Assembly: GCF_011386835.1 (NCBI RefSeq)
Contig: NC_088810.1
Span: 2,976,001-3,040,000, forward strand
DNA from: Chrysemys picta bellii
Taxonomy: Eukaryota
Direction: 5' to 3'
Length of the DNA stretch: 64,000 nt
Shown here: positions 58,944-64,000 of the stretch, in pieces
Numbering within the stretch: position 1 is the first letter of the stretch
Layout: the number at the start of each line of letters is the position of its first letter
Program-made: the position numbers and the translations under genes
Notes under the pieces: model-generated
Databases searched by the model: none
What the model was told of the DNA's origin: nothing
Seen by the model: only the letters and a program-made list of their open reading frames with translations

Positions 58944-60173
58944 TTACTCCAGAGCTTTCTTGCGAACCCTACATGCATCCTCAGCCACCTTCTCCAGGAA
59001 GTTTGACAGAATGGAGTAGGACGTAGCAAAGGACAATCCGGCTGCAGCCAGGGTGCTAAGCACTGGGACGAGGTCAAAGCATCGTTCGACTGAGCGGATG
59101 AGGCCACACCCAACCTGGACAATCTTCTTCTTTAATACATCTTGGGTGAGAACTTCCCCTTGTGGTGAGACGATAACAGCCTTGAGCTCTGAGACAGGCT
59201 TCCCAGCCTGCCTGGCCAGTTTAGCTAAGGAGTCATCGTCAAGGTTGAATTGTTTGTAGAAAGCGATCATGGATACCAACAGGAGGCCAACATCACAGGC
59301 GAGAGAGACGCCTCCCATGGGAAGGACATTGATAAAAGCCGACACCAGGGATATTTTCCATAAGTGCCCACGCAGAGCAGATTTCTTCTTCTCTATGATT
59401 TCCGGAGAGAAGTTGGGCAGGCTGAGCAGGAACACAAGTCTCTGTAGACGGGGGAGGTCCTTCTCCAGAGTCTCCTCCAGCAAGGGAAAATCATACTGGT
59501 CTAAGTCCCAGTTGGAGAGAAGAAAGACCTGGGGGTCGATTGCTCCTTGGTCTCTCAGGCATTTCCTGGCGTTCTCCCTGATCCTCTGGAGAACATTCTC
59601 TTCGACATGGGCTTGAGGATGAGCCCTTCTTGCGTTGGCCAAGTCTTCATCCACTTTGCAGCGCACAAAATAGAACTTCTTCTCCATCCTCTGGATCTCC
59701 CGGGCCAGGTCGGCGTGGCTAGATCGGAACCGCTCCGAAGCAACAATGACAAAGAAGTCATAGTGTCTGAAATTCACCTGCTGGAGGTATCTCTCTGGTC
59801 GAAAATCCATCGCCCCGATCCCCGGCAGGTCCCACAGGATCACATTCAGGTAGCTTGGATGGGGATAAGCCATCGCCTCTGTCGTTGTTTCTATCACCCC
59901 TGTCTGAGCCGCGCCTTGATCTTCAGCACCCAAACCGCGGAGGGCATTGATGAAGGAGGATTTTCCAGAGCCCGTCTCCCCCGTGACAGCAATGTTGAGC
60001 TTGGTGTTTTCCAGCGACTCCAGATCCTCCTGAGCTTTGGAGGCTGCCTCTTCCTGGCCTCCATCCTTGAAAAGCTCCACGAATTTCTCATACACCTGTA
60101 GTGCTGCATTGAAAAACCCCTTAGGGTCTGACTCAATGTCAATGCCCTTCGTCAGAGCTGAGAGAGCCTCCAT
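58944..60173 (-). CDS. IRGC-like: G9: IRG p47 GTPase, 409 aa, duplicate of G6 (21 aa differences by manual count)
   Basis: GETGSGKS, WDLPG, RCKVD; same acceptor as G6. Confidence 0.95.
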   Translation of the reverse strand: MEALSALTKGIDIESDPKGFFNAALQVYEKFVELFKDGGQEEAASKAQEDLESLENTKLNIAVTGETGSGKSSFINALRGLGAEDQGAAQTGVIETTTEAMAYPHPSYLNVILWDLPGIGAMDFRPERYLQQVNFRHYDFFVIVASERFRSSHADLAREIQRMEKKFYFVRCKVDEDLANARRAHPQAHVEENVLQRIRENARKCLRDQGAIDPQVFLLSNWDLDQYDFPLLEETLEKDLPRLQRLVFLLSLPNFSPEIIEKKKSALRGHLWKISLVSAFINVLPMGGVSLACDVGLLLVSMIAFYKQFNLDDDSLAKLARQAGKPVSELKAVIVSPQGEVLTQDVLKKKIVQVGCGLIRSVERCFDLVPVLSTLAAAGLSFATSYSILSNFLEKVAEDACRVRKKALE

Positions 60174-61714
60174 CTGCCGCAGAGAAGGAAATGGAGATCG
60201 CCGTTACTCTGAGTTGGTTTACAAACAGGTGACTTAAAACGGTCACCTCAAGTAGAAACTCAAGGCTGGATTAAGGCCTAGGTATCGTAAATGTAAATTC
60301 CTGCGTCCATCAGCTGATAGCTGAGATTCTGCTGCAATCAGTTACTAAAGAAGAGAGAGTCATTTCCTAACCCTAGTGACTGGTGAGAAAAACTCAGAAA
60401 TATGATTACATTTAGGTACATTTGAGCTAATGCAGGGCTGCTGCCTGAATCTGCAGAGAGCCTGAACCCATCACTTTGAGGGGGTAGCTGTTCAATGCAT
60501 CTGACTGGGGTGTTAACTCCCTGCCTACCCCACCCCACCCCACCCCAGCAGGGGACTCTGTGTGGGGTAGAAGGGGAGGAGCAAAGCAGACCTGCCTCTG
60601 CCATCACCACCCCAGCACAGACACCTGGGCTGATGAGGGTAAGTTCTAGGGGATCCCACTGCTCACACCAATGCCTCTGTGCCTGGGGGGAAAGGGAATG
60701 GGGATCCCATGCCACTGCAAATCCAAGTGTGTGCGTGCGTGTGTGTGTGGGCGGGGAGGTTGGAAGGGCTACTGTCCCTAATTATCATAACTGATCAGTT
60801 CCGGATTGCCATATCCTGAGCCCCAGTCAGAACTGGGGCCCTGTCACACGCGACGCAGCCCAGACATACCCCACCCTGGTGAGCTCATGGGCTAGTCAAC
60901 CCTCTCCGCTCCTGCCCATTCCCCGTGTGGTTCAAACTTCCCCTGGGAGCAAGGCGCCCACCTGCCTTTTGCTAATCTCCCCCCGGCTAAGGAGTAGGGC
61001 CCTGGGAAAGTGCCCAGTGAAACCCAGCCCAGGGCCAGACCCCACCAGGCCTCAGGAGCGCTGTGAGCTCGTAAACATACCCAGCTGTTAATGCAACCAC
61101 GGCCAGCGATCGGCAGCAGCTCCGGGAACTGGGAGGGGGCAATTTAACCCCCTACCTGGGCAGAAACTCTTACCGGCCACCCGAGCGAGCAGCACGTTCC
61201 CCGCGAAGCACAAGAGACTCCCCGATGCAGGGCCCTGGCTGCTTCCCTCTTTGGAGTCTAATGGAAAGCAAAAGCTACAGAGAAAAGCAGCCCTGTGAAA
61301 TTTGCAACCGCACCCTTTCCTGGCAGATCAGCTGCAGCCAGCTCTGAGTTCCTGCAGATACCAGAGAGCGGGACTGGACAGACGGACACGGGGATTGGAG
61401 GCTGGAACCCCAGAAATGTCAGGATTGCCTGAACAAAGAAGGAAAACACTGAATTTGGAACAGAGACTCATTTAATTCACTTTCAGTCAAGTAGCCAAAT
61501 TTAGTTGTGGTGCAAAACTGCTCATTAAAGCACTACTCAGGGGCTGTCGTTTGATAGAAAGAAAACCAATCTCCCTCGTCCCCCCCACCCCCCCGCACGC
61601 ATCCACACCCACACCGAAAAGTTGTCCAGGCACCTGAAACAGCAAAACAGGGGAAATGATGGATAGAGAAATGGAAGAAAAGAGAGAGAGATGGGTGTGT
61701 ATGGAGGCTGGATA

Positions 61715-61737
61715 GATAGATAGAGGGGGTGTCTGGG

Positions 61738-61800
<63 letters not shown>
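61715..61800. repeat. (GATA)n microsatellite
   Basis: Direct repeat run. Confidence 0.95.
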
Positions 61801-62249
61801 GGGGTGTGTGGGGATAGACAGAGTGAGTGAGTGTGTGCATGGGTATGGACAGATGCAATGCTCTGTCTCACGTTTCTCTAAAACACGCCCAGACGTTCCC
61901 CACTTGTTAGGAGAGCTGTTATCTGGGGCTATGACCCAGCTGGCTCCTGGCAGTCCTGGGAGGGGCGTCCAAGGCTGGGCTTTCCCCAAACGGTCCGAAT
62001 GTTGGACGCCTCCATCTCTGAGAATTTAACCCATGGTTCACTGGGCTAGTTTGTGGCAGAACTGAGAAGCAGCAACTCCCACGGATCTCAGTGTGCTCCG
62101 CACACCCATAAACCAGAACCCAAGGGTCTGCAGCCGGGCATAGGCATGCAAACATCTGGGACATTTCAGGCTGAGGGGGCTCAGTCGGGGGCACTCTCCC
62201 CTTGGCAGTCAGAGCTGGCCCCAAAGCCCCAGCCTGGCGCTAGGGGGTG

Positions 62250-62760
62250 CTGTGCCGCAGGGAGTGGGATGGCTCCATCGCTGTCCAGGTCCCTCCCAGG
62301 TGCGGGCCCCGCCCGGGAGCAGATCCCCAGGGGCTGCGAGACCTGCGGCTCCCGAGGCCTTTGTGCAGCGCCTCTGTCCTGCTGGCCCAGCGCTGGCCCC
62401 AGATCCAGCTGGAGAAAGTCCCCCCGGGCTGGGTACACAGTCAGTCCCTGGCGCAGGCCCAGCTGGGGAAGGACCCGCTGCTCAGCCCGGGCTCCCAGCT
62501 CCCCCTGGAGGCTACAGAGCTCCACCCCTGTGTCTCTGTTTGTTGTTTTTCCTGTTTCTTCCTTCCTGCCAGTAGTCCCCCCTCCAGGCCCCCCGCTGCT
62601 CCCTCCGGCTCCTTCAGCACCGACCTGAGCCGGGGTTCCCGGCCGTGGCCGATGCTACCGCAGCAGCAGCGTTGGCCCCCGGGCCCTTATAAATTGCCCA
62701 GGCCCCTGGGCAATTGCCCCCTTTGCCCCTCCTCCCCCGTCAGCGGGCCTGGACAGATGG
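62250..62760. promoter_or_regulatory. GC/CpG-rich island with TATAAA (62688-62693)
   Basis: High CG density and a TATA motif; direction and target unknown. Confidence 0.35.
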
Positions 62761-62768
62761 GGGATGAA

Positions 62769-63601
62769 TGTACGGATGGTTAAGTAAGGTGGCCACATAA
62801 CAGTGTTTAGCCCACTGGTCATCTTCAGTCCATGAATTGTGCTTTTCTGGGCCGATGGGTGAACATCCTCCCTGCAAAAAGACAAAAAGTGGGGGAATGT
62901 CGTAGGAAGAGAGCCTGAGACATCAGCCCGTGTATCAGAGGCCTGGGCTAAAGTAGTGAAAACTTTGCTGATATAAAGCAAAGTTAAGCTATGAGCAAGA
63001 GGCAGGCCCTGCTCACGGGGGTAATCCTGCAGAAACACACATTCCTAAGTAGTGCCGGCGTAAGAACAGGGACGCAAGCACATTCCGGAAAGGTGATACC
63101 CGAACACCTCGATACCAAACACATCCCCCAAAGAGAACAGGAACACGCTGACCCAGCCGAAAGATAAGATCAGGATGACAGGGCAATGAATAGAGATGTT
63201 TTGATCAAACCAACATGTACAAGGTAATGGGTGGCACCCAAATACATCAGAAGGCGGCACCCAAATACGTCAGGAGTGATGCGTAACTTGTTTGTATGGG
63301 TGAATAAAGACACAGAGGGAGAGTCTTTGGCAGGCCTAGGAGATAATGGAAAGTCCCGACATTAACTTAGCTAGTTCATTGCAAGGGGCATACCTGTGTT
63401 ACCAGGGCCTTAGCACCGTGCTTCGCTGACAATAAACCTGACCGAGTGCCTTCGCTACGAACCGAGTCTGTGGATTTATTGGGCCGTTCCCTCGAGGGCT
63501 GCTGAGCCGGCCGCCTGCGCAGAGCTGGGAGATCTGAATCAAAGCAGGACGGGGACCCCACGCAGGGAGAACACACGCACGCAGCCGAACATCTGACGAC
63601 A
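62769..63601 (+). mobile_element. LTR-like element
   Basis: TGTACGG...GACGACA ends, two AATAAA; flanks ATGAA/GTGAG are only a possible decayed TSD. Confidence 0.5.
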
Positions 63602-63856
63602 GTGAGTATAGAGCATGAGGGGCAGTCTTGCTGGAGGGACCACACTGCACGTGGCCAGGAAAAATTCCCTGCTGTCGCCAATGTCCTCCTGCCGTAGCCA
63701 CGTGGCGTTGAGGTGCTTCCCCTTTGCCTCTGGGCTTTCCGACGGCCTTGGCCCCCTTCACTGGGGAAACCGGGCCCTCCCGCTACACCGGAACCTGCCC
63801 CCACCAGCCGCTCCTGCCTGTCGTTTCCTGGGCTCGTCCAACCCGGCCTCGCTCAC

Positions 63857-63976
63857 GGTTGGCTAGATGGCAAGTGTGAAAAATCAGCACGGGGTGGGGG
63901 TAATAGATGCCTATATAAGAAAAAGCCCCCAAAATCGGGACTGTCCCTATAAAATTGGGACATCTGGTCACCCTAC
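63857..63976. mobile_element. Short hAT-type MITE (TAGGGTGACCAGATGTCCC terminus)
   Basis: GGGACATCTGGTCACCCTA right end with an internal ATCGGGACTGTCCCTATAAAA motif. Confidence 0.65.
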
Positions 63977-64000
63977 GCTTGGCTCTTCTAAGCCCCTTCA

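Noticed and set aside
44354-60101. 184-aa antisense ORFs over G6 and G9
   Set aside because: Opposite-strand shadows, similar only because the host genes are duplicates

Overview
Vertebrate genomic DNA. The repeat content (CR1 LINEs with CTATGAGT/CTATGATT-type tails, Harbinger and hAT MITEs, Penelope fragments, MIR) points to a turtle or similar non-avian reptile; that assignment is inference. The window is an expanded cluster of immunity-related p47 GTPase genes (IRG, IRGC/IIGP5-like, all GKS type): seven intact single-exon ORFs and two pseudogenes. Three ORFs lie on the + strand (G1 163-1401, G2 16299-17540, G3 26409-27641). The - strand carries a three-unit cassette that is tandemly duplicated (G6>psi5>G4 at 34-45 kb; G9>psi8>G7 at 53.5-60.2 kb), with a visible duplication junction near 47243 and a 10-N assembly gap at 50263-50272. 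The most striking observation is that G6, G9, psi5 and psi8 each have a splice-donor consensus overlapping their stop codon in phase 2. Every downstream co-oriented unit has an acceptor exactly 4 nt before its ATG, so splicing would chain the units in frame into tandem or triple IRG polyproteins, analogous to mouse Irgb2-b1. This is a sequence-based hypothesis with no transcript evidence here. Paralogs diverge sharply in the C-terminal helix-K region and at the switch-I Thr equivalent to Irga6 T102. Intergenic DNA holds solo LTRs, a nested LTR pile with an ERV env remnant, a gypsy gag remnant, CR1s, MITEs and satellites. TE family names come from motif recognition, not database searches, and many TE boundaries are approximate.
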